A stretch of DNA of 64,000 nucleotides from Steroidobacteraceae bacterium (GTDB taxonomy: Bacteria; Pseudomonadota; Gammaproteobacteria; Steroidobacterales; Steroidobacteraceae). Every line of letters starts with the position of its first letter. Positions within the stretch are counted from its first letter, which is position 1. Positions 9,316-16,978 of the stretch are shown piece after piece. The notes under the pieces were generated by a model that was given only the letters and a program-made list of their open reading frames with translations, had not been told where the DNA came from and searched no databases. Position numbers and translations under genes: made by a program. Location: contig JAXMGT010000001.1 of the NCBI GenBank assembly GCA_046347155.1, positions 1,050,458 to 1,114,457 on the forward strand. The letters are read 5' to 3'.

Positions 9316-10340
9316 AGCAGCGACGCGTGCTCGTGCTGGTGCACGAGTCCCTCGTGCCGCCCGACGATTCGAGCGGTTACACGGACCAGGAGATCGACGC
9401 CTGGCGCACCGAGTACGACGTGATGACATCGCTGCGCGCGATGGGCCACGAGGTGCGCATGCTCGGCATGGGCGACAGCCTCGCGGACCTGCGCGCGGCG
9501 ATCGCCGACTGGAAACCCGACATCGCGTTCAACCTGCTCGAGGAGTTCCAGGGCATCGTCACCTACGACCAGTACGTGGTCGCGTACCTCGAGCTCATGA
9601 AGCTGCCCTACACGGGCTGCAACCCGCGCGGGATGATGATCTCGCGGGACAAGGTGCTGTCGAAGCAGATCCTGCACTATCACCGGATACCGACGGCGCG
9701 CTTCGCGCTGCTGCCGCGCAACCGCGCCTATCGCGAGCCGCGCCGGCTCGCGTTCCCGCTGTTCGTGAAATCCGCGACCGAGGACGCCTCGCTCGGCATC
9801 TCCCAGGCCTCGATCGTCCACGACGGGGCGAAGCTCCGCGAACGCGTCGAGTTCATCCACGACCAGACCAAGTCGGACGCGCTCGTCGAGGAGTACATCG
9901 AGGGGCGCGAGATCTACGCGGGCGTGCTCGGAAACGAGCGGCTGACCACGTTCCCGCTGTGGGAACTCAACTTCGGCACGCTGCCGGAGGTGATGGCGGG
10001 CATCGCGACGCGCAAGGTCAAGTGGGACCGGAAATACCAGCGCAAGCACGGGATCGGGACCGGCCCCGCGCGAGAACTGCCGCCCGGCGTGGAGCACCGC
10101 GTCGCGCAACTGGTGCGCCGCATCTACCGCGCGCTGTGCCTGAGCGGCTATGCCCGAATCGACCTGCGGATGCGCCCGGACGGCAGCGTCGTGGTGCTCG
10201 AGGCGAACGCGAACCCGAACCTCGCGCAGATCGAGGACTTCGCGACCTCGGCGCTCGCGGGCAGCGTGGGGTACGACTCGCTGCTCGAGCGGATCATGAA
10301 GCTCGGCGCGTCGTACGAGGCGGCGTGGCGGCAGGGTTGA
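9312..10340 (+). CDS. ATP-grasp ligase, D-alanine--D-alanine ligase-like family
   Basis: 342 aa with a Ddl-like layout: an N-terminal Rossmann-like region (VLVLVHES), PLFVKSATEDASLGI, EEYIEGREI, and ARIDLRM....VVLEANANP. ATGA overlap with the upstream gene at 9312..9315. Confidence 0.85.
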   Translation: MKQRRVLVLVHESLVPPDDSSGYTDQEIDAWRTEYDVMTSLRAMGHEVRMLGMGDSLADLRAAIADWKPDIAFNLLEEFQGIVTYDQYVVAYLELMKLPYTGCNPRGMMISRDKVLSKQILHYHRIPTARFALLPRNRAYREPRRLAFPLFVKSATEDASLGISQASIVHDGAKLRERVEFIHDQTKSDALVEEYIEGREIYAGVLGNERLTTFPLWELNFGTLPEVMAGIATRKVKWDRKYQRKHGIGTGPARELPPGVEHRVAQLVRRIYRALCLSGYARIDLRMRPDGSVVVLEANANPNLAQIEDFATSALAGSVGYDSLLERIMKLGASYEAAWRQG

Positions 10341-10405
10341 CGCGGCGCATTGCGCGTCACGCCGCCGGACCGCTAGGCTCGCCTCCAACGACCCCGGGGA
10401 TCCCC

Positions 10406-12058
10406 ATGAAGACGACGTCCTTCGTCCGCAGCGCCCGACTGGCCCTGATCGCAGCGGTGTCGCTGGGGCCGTGGCCGGCGACGGCCGCAACGGCCACACC
10501 GGCCACACCGTCCGCGGGCGCCGCCGACCCCCCGATCGTCGTGACCGACAGCCCTCCGGCCGAACTCAAGGTCGCGAACCGCGTCGTCTCGGTCATGCGC
10601 GCCGACGTGTTCGGCGCGACGCCCGCCGAGCGGGCCGAGGCTGCGCGCGAACGCCTCGGCGTGATCATCGAGAAGGGTGGGCCGCTCCAGGTCTCGACAC
10701 AGGCGGTACCGGAGGGCGTCGCGATACAGGTCGACGGTCGCACGGTCTTCCGCGTGCTGGGCGAGGACGTCGATTCCGAGGCGGGCCAGTCGCTGGCGAC
10801 CGCGTCGGCCGACGCGGCGGCGAACCTGCGCAAGGCGCTCGCCGAGATCCGCGAGGCCGAGGATGCCCGGGTCGTGGCGCGGGCGGCCGGGCACGCGGTG
10901 CTCGCGACGCTGGCGCTGGCGCTCGTCGTGTGGCTGCTGCACCGCGGCTACCGCTGGATCGTGCACCGGCTGCACGGCTTCGCACAGCGTCGCATGGCGA
11001 AGTACCTGCCGCCATGGACCGGCGAAGTGGTGGGCGAGGCGGCGCTCGGCGGGCTCTTCACGCTGCCGGTACGGATCATCTGGATGCTGATCGTCCTGCT
11101 GCTGACCTATCAGTGGGCCGGGTTCGTGCTGCGCCGTTTCCCGTACACGCGGCCGCTCGGCGAGGAGCTGCGGGACAACCTGTTCGATGCGCTGGGCCGG
11201 GTCGGGGCCGCCGTGCTCGAGGCCGTGCCGGGGCTGCTGTTCGCCCTGCTGATCTTCCTGATCGCGCGGATCACCGTGCGTGCGGTCCGGGCCTTCTTCA
11301 ACGGCGTCGAGCGCGGACACATCCGGATCGCCGCGATCGACGAGACGACCGCACGGCCCACCGGCCGGCTCGTCACGCTCGGCATCTGGCTCTTCGCGAT
11401 GGTCGCGGCCTACCCCTACATCCCCGGCACCGACAGCGAGGCGTTCAAGGGCATCGGCGTGTTCGTCGGCCTGATGATGTCGATCGGCGCATCGGGCGTC
11501 GTGAGCCAGGTCGTGAGCGGGTTGATGCTGATGTACACGCGGGCGCTCAGGCCGGGCGAGTTCGTCAGGATCGGCGAGACCGAGGGCATCGTGAAGTCCG
11601 TGGGTTTCCTCGCGACGCGGATCGAGACCGTGCTGCACGAGGAAATCAACGTCCCGAATTCCATCATCGCGGGCAACGTCACCCGCAACTACTCGAGACT
11701 CGCCAGCGAGGGCGGCATCTGGATGCCGACCAAGGTCACGATCGGGTACGACACGCCTTGGCGGCAGGTGCGCGCGATGCTGCTCGCCGCCGCCGCGCGC
11801 ACCGACGGCGTGCAGAAGGACCCGCCGCCGCGGGTCCACCAGACGGCGCTGCTCGACTTCTACGTCGAATACACGCTGATCGTGAGCCTCGAGACACCGA
11901 TCGGTCGGATGGCGATCATGGACCGGCTGCACGGCAACATCCAGGACGCGTTCAACGAGCACGGCGTCCAGATCATGTCGCCCAACTACGAGGCCGACCC
12001 GCAGTCGCCGAAGGTCGTGCCGAAGGAGAAGTGGTTCGAGCCGCCCGCGAGCCGTTGA
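10406..12058 (+). CDS. Mechanosensitive ion channel (MscS family) with signal peptide and a long N-terminal extension
   Basis: The last 550 aa of ORF 9959..12058. Signal-like N-terminus, several TM helices, and an MscS beta-domain signature (GEFVRIGETEGIVKSVGFLATRIET...VPNS). Confidence 0.85.
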   Translation: MKTTSFVRSARLALIAAVSLGPWPATAATATPATPSAGAADPPIVVTDSPPAELKVANRVVSVMRADVFGATPAERAEAARERLGVIIEKGGPLQVSTQAVPEGVAIQVDGRTVFRVLGEDVDSEAGQSLATASADAAANLRKALAEIREAEDARVVARAAGHAVLATLALALVVWLLHRGYRWIVHRLHGFAQRRMAKYLPPWTGEVVGEAALGGLFTLPVRIIWMLIVLLLTYQWAGFVLRRFPYTRPLGEELRDNLFDALGRVGAAVLEAVPGLLFALLIFLIARITVRAVRAFFNGVERGHIRIAAIDETTARPTGRLVTLGIWLFAMVAAYPYIPGTDSEAFKGIGVFVGLMMSIGASGVVSQVVSGLMLMYTRALRPGEFVRIGETEGIVKSVGFLATRIETVLHEEINVPNSIIAGNVTRNYSRLASEGGIWMPTKVTIGYDTPWRQVRAMLLAAAARTDGVQKDPPPRVHQTALLDFYVEYTLIVSLETPIGRMAIMDRLHGNIQDAFNEHGVQIMSPNYEADPQSPKVVPKEKWFEPPASR

Positions 12059-12061
12059 CGG

Positions 12062-12460
12062 TCACAGCGTATGGCCGATCCGCTGGTAGTGAGTACGCTC
12101 CCAGGTGGTCTGGCAGTTGATGCAGCGGGTCGCGTGGGGCGCCACCTGCAGGCGCTCGAGGTCGATCGGCCGGCCGCAGTCCTCGCAGGAACCGTAGCGC
12201 CCCTCGTGCAGCGCCCGCAACGCGGCTTCGACCGCGCGCAGTTCGGCGAGGTCTCGGTCGATCTCGGCCAGGTTGACGTCCACCACCAGGTCGGCGAACG
12301 ACTCGTCCTCGAGGTCGCGGACCTCGTTCGCGACGTTCACGTAGGCCTCGTCGTCGCTCTTCGCGAGCGTGGCGCGGATTTCCTCGCGCAGTTCCCGGGC
12401 GCGCCGCTGCAGCGTCGAGACGAGTTCGTTGCGGTCGTGCGGGTCGAGATGGCTGGACAT
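12062..12460 (-). CDS. DksA/TraR-family C4 zinc-finger protein
   Basis: 132 aa with a coiled-coil region and CEDCGRPI...N17...CINCQ (CxxC-N17-CxxC). ATG at 12458..12460. Confidence 0.85.
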   Translation of the reverse strand: MSSHLDPHDRNELVSTLQRRARELREEIRATLAKSDDEAYVNVANEVRDLEDESFADLVVDVNLAEIDRDLAELRAVEAALRALHEGRYGSCEDCGRPIDLERLQVAPHATRCINCQTTWERTHYQRIGHTL

Positions 12461-12573
12461 GGGCAGCTCCGGGCATGGCGGGGATTCCGCGGCCGTGCGG
12501 TTAGCATTGCGTCCCGGGGGGCGGCGGACCAATAGGTGGTTGGCGCAACCGGGCCCGGCCGGGCCCGCGGCCG

Positions 12574-12602
12574 TTGACAATGCCGGCGCCCGGGCGTAGC
12601 AA
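12574..12602 (+). promoter_or_regulatory. Candidate sigma70 promoter for the Cys-rich protein / M49-like peptidase genes
   Basis: Perfect -35 TTGACA (12574..12579), a 17-nt spacer, and -10 TAGCAA (12597..12602), 23 nt upstream of the ATG at 12625. Confidence 0.4.
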
Positions 12603-12624
12603 GGCGGGCGCGCGAGGAGGCGAC

Positions 12625-12939
12625 ATGGACCACGGGCTCAGGTGCTGGAAGTGCGGCGCGTCGCTCGCCGACTACACGCTGCCGTTGCGGCGGCTCGAGG
12701 AATGCCGCGCCTGCCGGGCCGAGCTGCACGTCTGCCGTATGTGCGAATTCCACGACGTGACGGTCGCGAAGCACTGCCGCGAGACCGTCGCCGAGGAAGT
12801 GAAGGACAAGGTCCGCGCGAATTTCTGCGATTACTTCCGCCCGTCGCCCTCGGCCTGGCGGCCGGGCGAGACGAGCGCCGCCGAGCGGGCCCGTGCCGAA
12901 CTCGATGCGCTGTTCGGCGGCGCGGGCAAGACGAGTTGA
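12625..12939 (+). CDS. Small Cys-rich (3 x CxxC) zinc-ribbon-like protein, function unknown
   Basis: 104 aa with CWKC, CRAC and CRMC pairs. GAGGAGG Shine-Dalgarno 5 nt upstream of the ATG. Confidence 0.55.
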   Translation: MDHGLRCWKCGASLADYTLPLRRLEECRACRAELHVCRMCEFHDVTVAKHCRETVAEEVKDKVRANFCDYFRPSPSAWRPGETSAAERARAELDALFGGAGKTS

Positions 12940-12964
12940 CCCATCGACCCGGAGTACGAACCCC

Positions 12965-14614
12965 ATGACCAACCGCCACCTGACGGGACTCGCCGTCGCC
13001 CTGATGGCCACCGGCCTCTCGCCCGGGGCTCCCGCGATCGCCGGGAACGTCGCGCCCGTGGCGCTGGTGCCGGCGCGGCCCGACGTCTACGCCGAGGTCA
13101 CGCTGACGACCGATCTCTCCGTGCTGAGCCCGAAGGAGCGCGAGATGCTCGGGCTGCTCATCGATGCCGCCCGGGAGACCGACGCGATCTTCTGGCAGCA
13201 GACGTTTCCCGGTGATCGCGCGGCGCTCGAGCGGGCCACGTCGGGCGACCCGAAGTCGTCCCGGTACGTCGCACTGAACTACGGTCCCTGGGACCGGCTC
13301 GCCGGCGACGCGCCGTTCGTCCCGGGTTACGGCGACAAGCCGAAGGGTGCGAACTTCTATCCGGTCGACATGACGAAGGCCGAGTTCGAGGCCGCGCAGC
13401 TGCCGGCCAAGACCGGCGAATACACGCTGCTGCGACGCGATGCCGGCGGCAAGCTCGTGACCGTCGCGTACTCGAGCGAGTACCGCGAGCCGCTCGCGCG
13501 TGCCGCCGCGGCGCTCGGCAAGGCCGCCGCGCTGGCCGAGGACCCGGGACTCGCGAAGTACCTCGCGCTCCGCGCGCAGGCGCTCACGACCGACGACTTC
13601 CGGGCCAGCGAACTCGCGTGGCTCGACATGAAGACGAACCGCCTCGACGTGGTCATCGGTCCGATCGAGACCTACGACGACCAGCTCTATGGCTACAAGG
13701 CCGCCTACGAGGGCCTCGTGCTCGTGAAGGACCTCGAGTGGAGCAGGCGGCTGGCGCGCTATGCGTCGATGCTGCCGGCGCTGCAGCGCGGACTGCCGGT
13801 GCCGGATGCCTACAAGGCGGAGACGCCGGGCACGGATTCCGACCTGAACGCCTACGACGTCGTCTACTACGCGGGCGACGCGAACCAGGGCGGCAAGGTG
13901 ATCGCGGTCAACCTGCCGAACGATCCGGACGTCCAGCTCAGCAAGGGCACGCGGCGGCTCCAGCTCAAGAACGTGATGCGCGCCAAGTTCGACCGCATCC
14001 TGGTCCCGATCGCCGACGTGCTGATCACCCCGGACCAGCGCAGGCACATCACGTTCGACGCGTTCTTCGCCAACACGATGTTCCACGAGGTCGCCCACGG
14101 CCTCGGCATCAAGAACACCGTGAACGGCCGGGGCGAGGTCCGCAATGCGTTGAAGGAACTCGGCTCGGGGATCGAGGAGGGGAAGGCCGACGTGCTCGGG
14201 CTCTACATGGTCACGAAGCTGCACGAGCAGGGCGAGCTCTCGGGCTCGCTCGAGGACTACTATGTGACGTTCCTCGCGAGCATCTTCCGCTCGGTCCGCT
14301 TCGGCTCGTCGGACGCGCACGGCGAGGCGAACATGATCCGGTTCAACTACTTCCTCGAGCGCGGGGCGTATTACCGCGATGCGGACGGCTACTACCACGT
14401 CGACATGAAGAAGATGCGTGCGGCCGTCGATGCGCTGTCGTCCGACCTGCTGCAGCTGCAGGGCAACGGCGACTACGACGGCGTGAAGAAGCTCGTGGCC
14501 GCACAGGGCGTGATCGGCCCGCAGCTCGGCGCCGACCTCGAGCGGCTGCAGAAGCGCGACATCCCGGTCGACGTCGCGTTCCGCCAGGGCAAGAAGGTGC
14601 TCGGCCTCGAGTGA
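12965..14614 (+). CDS. Secreted zinc metallopeptidase, dipeptidyl-peptidase III (M49)-like
   Basis: 549 aa with a signal peptide (LAVALMATGLSPGAPAIA), HEVAHGLG (HExxH) and a downstream EEGKADVLG (EExxAD) second zinc motif. Confidence 0.8.
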   Translation: MTNRHLTGLAVALMATGLSPGAPAIAGNVAPVALVPARPDVYAEVTLTTDLSVLSPKEREMLGLLIDAARETDAIFWQQTFPGDRAALERATSGDPKSSRYVALNYGPWDRLAGDAPFVPGYGDKPKGANFYPVDMTKAEFEAAQLPAKTGEYTLLRRDAGGKLVTVAYSSEYREPLARAAAALGKAAALAEDPGLAKYLALRAQALTTDDFRASELAWLDMKTNRLDVVIGPIETYDDQLYGYKAAYEGLVLVKDLEWSRRLARYASMLPALQRGLPVPDAYKAETPGTDSDLNAYDVVYYAGDANQGGKVIAVNLPNDPDVQLSKGTRRLQLKNVMRAKFDRILVPIADVLITPDQRRHITFDAFFANTMFHEVAHGLGIKNTVNGRGEVRNALKELGSGIEEGKADVLGLYMVTKLHEQGELSGSLEDYYVTFLASIFRSVRFGSSDAHGEANMIRFNYFLERGAYYRDADGYYHVDMKKMRAAVDALSSDLLQLQGNGDYDGVKKLVAAQGVIGPQLGADLERLQKRDIPVDVAFRQGKKVLGLE

Positions 14615-14624
14615 GCCGGCGCGC

Positions 14625-15146
14625 TCAGCAGCGCGACGCGTAGATCTCGCGGCCGACGTCGCGCCAGCGGGTCCACAGCTGGGCCGCCTGACGCGCCGAA
14701 TAGCCGGCCCGCATGCGCTCGTTGATCGCGTCGCGCTGCGCGAGCAGGCGGCGGCAGCGATCCTCCCGCGGATCCGGCACGACCGTCTCCGGCGTGCGTC
14801 GCTCCGCCGGACGGGTCGACGCCGTGGCGGCCGGTCGCCCGAGGCCCGGCGCACTGCCGGCGGGGGGCTCGCGCAGCGTGAGCACCCTCCGTTCGGGCAG
14901 GGGCCCGCACGGCCGGTCGGCGAACGTCACCGGCCGCGACTCGGCGCACACGAAGATTGCGCGGGAGATCCGCTTCGACCGGGCGCCGTTCCGTGCTTCG
15001 ACGACAGGGTCGCCGGGTTCGGTCGCGGAGGGTTGTTCAGGCGCCGCCACGACGGGCGCGGCGGCACGCGTCCCGGCGACGAGCAGCGTGGCCGCACATG
15101 CAACCGCGGCGCGTGCCGTGGCCTCGAGTACCGTGCGAATCCGCAT
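14625..15146 (-). CDS. Secreted hypothetical protein (DUF4124-like pattern)
   Basis: Signal peptide, Pro/Ala-rich linker and conserved Cys pairs. Strong SD (AGGGAGGG) 7 nt upstream of the ATG. Confidence 0.55.
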   Translation of the reverse strand: MRIRTVLEATARAAVACAATLLVAGTRAAAPVVAAPEQPSATEPGDPVVEARNGARSKRISRAIFVCAESRPVTFADRPCGPLPERRVLTLREPPAGSAPGLGRPAATASTRPAERRTPETVVPDPREDRCRRLLAQRDAINERMRAGYSARQAAQLWTRWRDVGREIYASRC

Positions 15147-15245
15147 TGCCGACCCTCCCTGCCGATGACCGGGAGGTTGCGCCGCCTCATGGCGCCGGTG
15201 CGAGCCGGATTCGTGCCGCGGGCGCGCAGAAACGCGCGCCGGGAC

Positions 15246-15545
15246 TCAGGCGCGACCGACGTTCGAATCGGTCGGCGAATGAAAGTACTGGCTCTCCTCG
15301 GAGAATTCGCGCACGAGCTGCTGCAGCTCGTCGAGCCTTCCCTGCGCGGTGCTGATCGGCAGGCAGTCCTCGCAGCGCGGGTCGCCGCACGGCTGGCGGG
15401 TGTAGAGCCAGTACTGGACGGCACCGGCCAGCAGCCCGTCCGCGATGTCCCAGAGGTCGGCCTTTTCGTCCGCGTCGGCGATCTGGTTGCCCAGGTCCAC
15501 GGCCTTGCCGAAGGCTTCGTCGAACGGCTGTGAATCTTCCTGCAT
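15246..15545 (-). CDS. Small acidic protein, DUF3144-like
   Basis: 99-aa C-terminal part of ORF 15246..16166 (MQEDSQPFDEAFGKAVDLGNQIADADEKADLWDIADGLLAGAVQYWLY...). Confidence 0.6.
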   Translation of the reverse strand: MQEDSQPFDEAFGKAVDLGNQIADADEKADLWDIADGLLAGAVQYWLYTRQPCGDPRCEDCLPISTAQGRLDELQQLVREFSEESQYFHSPTDSNVGRA

Positions 15546-15646
15546 GGCGGTGACGCTGGCGAAACGGGGCCGGCAATGATAGCAGAGGCCGCCTGGCCGA
15601 CGGCCGGCGCGCCTGGATTCCCAGCCGGGGCAACGGGTTGCGCCGG

Positions 15647-15913
15647 TCAGATGCCTGCCTTGGCCAGTGCGTCGACCAGCGCCCGGATTGCGCTCGCAAC
15701 GCCCGGGTGGCCGGCTTCGAGCCGCACGGCGGCGCCCTCGAGCGCCTCGCCCGGCGGCGTTGCGTCCGGTACGGTGCCAGGTTCCAGCAGCCGGTGGATG
15801 TCCGCGAGCACGGTCGCGAGCATCTCCCGGTCCTCGGGGTCGAGGCGTTCGGCGCGACCGAGTTCCTCGTGCAGGCCTTCGAGCGTGCGGCGCAGTTCGC
15901 TCATGTCGTCCAC
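15647..15913 (-). CDS. Small acidic helical protein, DUF4404-like
   Basis: 88-aa ORF (LRRTLEGLHEELGRAERLDPEDREMLATVLADIHRLLE) with normal coding composition. Confidence 0.6.
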   Translation of the reverse strand: MDDMSELRRTLEGLHEELGRAERLDPEDREMLATVLADIHRLLEPGTVPDATPPGEALEGAAVRLEAGHPGVASAIRALVDALAKAGI

Positions 15914-16029
15914 CTCGCGATGTCGTCCCGAGTCTAGCAGCGCGTCGCGCGGCGCGGGTTCGTGGAATCCACGGGTCGCGTAGAATCCCGAGCAGGCGGC
16001 CGTGACCGGATCGCCGCAATGGAGGCCTC

Positions 16030-16710
16030 ATGCGCGCAACCGTCCCCGCCGCGTACCCGTTGATGGCCGTGCTCGCGTTTGCGGCGCTGCCGGTGGCGGC
16101 CGATGAACCGCCCGAGGACGAGGCGGCATCCGCGTCGCAGCGTTTCGACCCGGCGTTCGAGCTCACGCCGTGGGTCGGCTACCGTTTCGGCGGCCAGTTC
16201 GACGTCGACGCCCCGCCCCCGGGGGCGCCCGGATCGGTGGACCTCGACGGCAGCGCGAGTTGGGGCGTGGACCTCGGCATCTACCGGGACCGCAACTCGT
16301 ATTACGAGATCTTCTACGCGCAGCAGTCCGCCGGCATCGACTCGAACGACGCGCTCCTGAAGGGCGTGGACGTGAGCGTCCAGTACCTGCAGGCCGGCGG
16401 CACGCTGCTGTTCCGCGAACACGAGCACGTCGTGCCGTGGCTCTCGCTCACGATCGGCGCGACGCGCTTCGACCCGGGCGGCGGCTACGGCAGCGAGACC
16501 AAGTTCTCGTGGAGCCTCGGCGGCGGCGTGCGGTTCCCGTTCGGCGATCACTTCGCCGCGACGCTCGGGCTGCGCGGCTACATGACCGTCGTGAGTTCGG
16601 ACACGGCGTTCCTGTGCACCGGCAACGGCGACGCGCAGTGCCTCCTCAAGACCTCGGGCAGCGGCTTCTACCAGGGCGAAGCGCTGCTCGGTTTCACGGC
16701 GACGTTCTGA
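16030..16710 (+). CDS. Outer-membrane beta-barrel protein
   Basis: Signal peptide, alternating hydrophobic beta-strand pattern, and a C-terminal ...LGFTATF ending in Phe. GGAGG SD. Confidence 0.7.
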   Translation: MRATVPAAYPLMAVLAFAALPVAADEPPEDEAASASQRFDPAFELTPWVGYRFGGQFDVDAPPPGAPGSVDLDGSASWGVDLGIYRDRNSYYEIFYAQQSAGIDSNDALLKGVDVSVQYLQAGGTLLFREHEHVVPWLSLTIGATRFDPGGGYGSETKFSWSLGGGVRFPFGDHFAATLGLRGYMTVVSSDTAFLCTGNGDAQCLLKTSGSGFYQGEALLGFTATF

Positions 16711-16732
16711 ACGCGGCCGGCGCGGCCACGGG

Positions 16733-16939
16733 TCAGGCCCGGGCCGCGCGACGACCGCCGAGCAGCCGGGCGGGCAGCATCACGATCGAGCGCAGCAGCG
16801 CGAACACGCCGTCGAGCGCCATGCCGGCGAGCCGCAGCGGCAGCGACACCAGCCACAGGACGGGCCACAGCACGAGTGCGGCGACCGCGAGTGGCCAGCA
16901 CACGGCGAGCAGCAGCAGCCAGAGCAGCAACTTCACCAT
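16733..16939 (-). CDS. Small hydrophobic membrane protein (68 aa)
   Basis: Two predicted TM helices and a GGGAGGA SD 7 nt upstream of the ATG. It lies 39 nt downstream of the large FAD/Fe-S gene on the same strand. Confidence 0.45.
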   Translation of the reverse strand: MVKLLLWLLLLAVCWPLAVAALVLWPVLWLVSLPLRLAGMALDGVFALLRSIVMLPARLLGGRRAARA

Positions 16940-16978
16940 CGACGCGTCCTCCCGTTCATCGCCCGTTCCGGTCCCGGG

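Noticed and set aside
12638-14854. 738-aa minus-strand ORF opposite the M49-like peptidase
   Set aside because: It is antisense to a motif-bearing gene (HEVAH, EEGKAD). It is Arg-rich low complexity with no start context.
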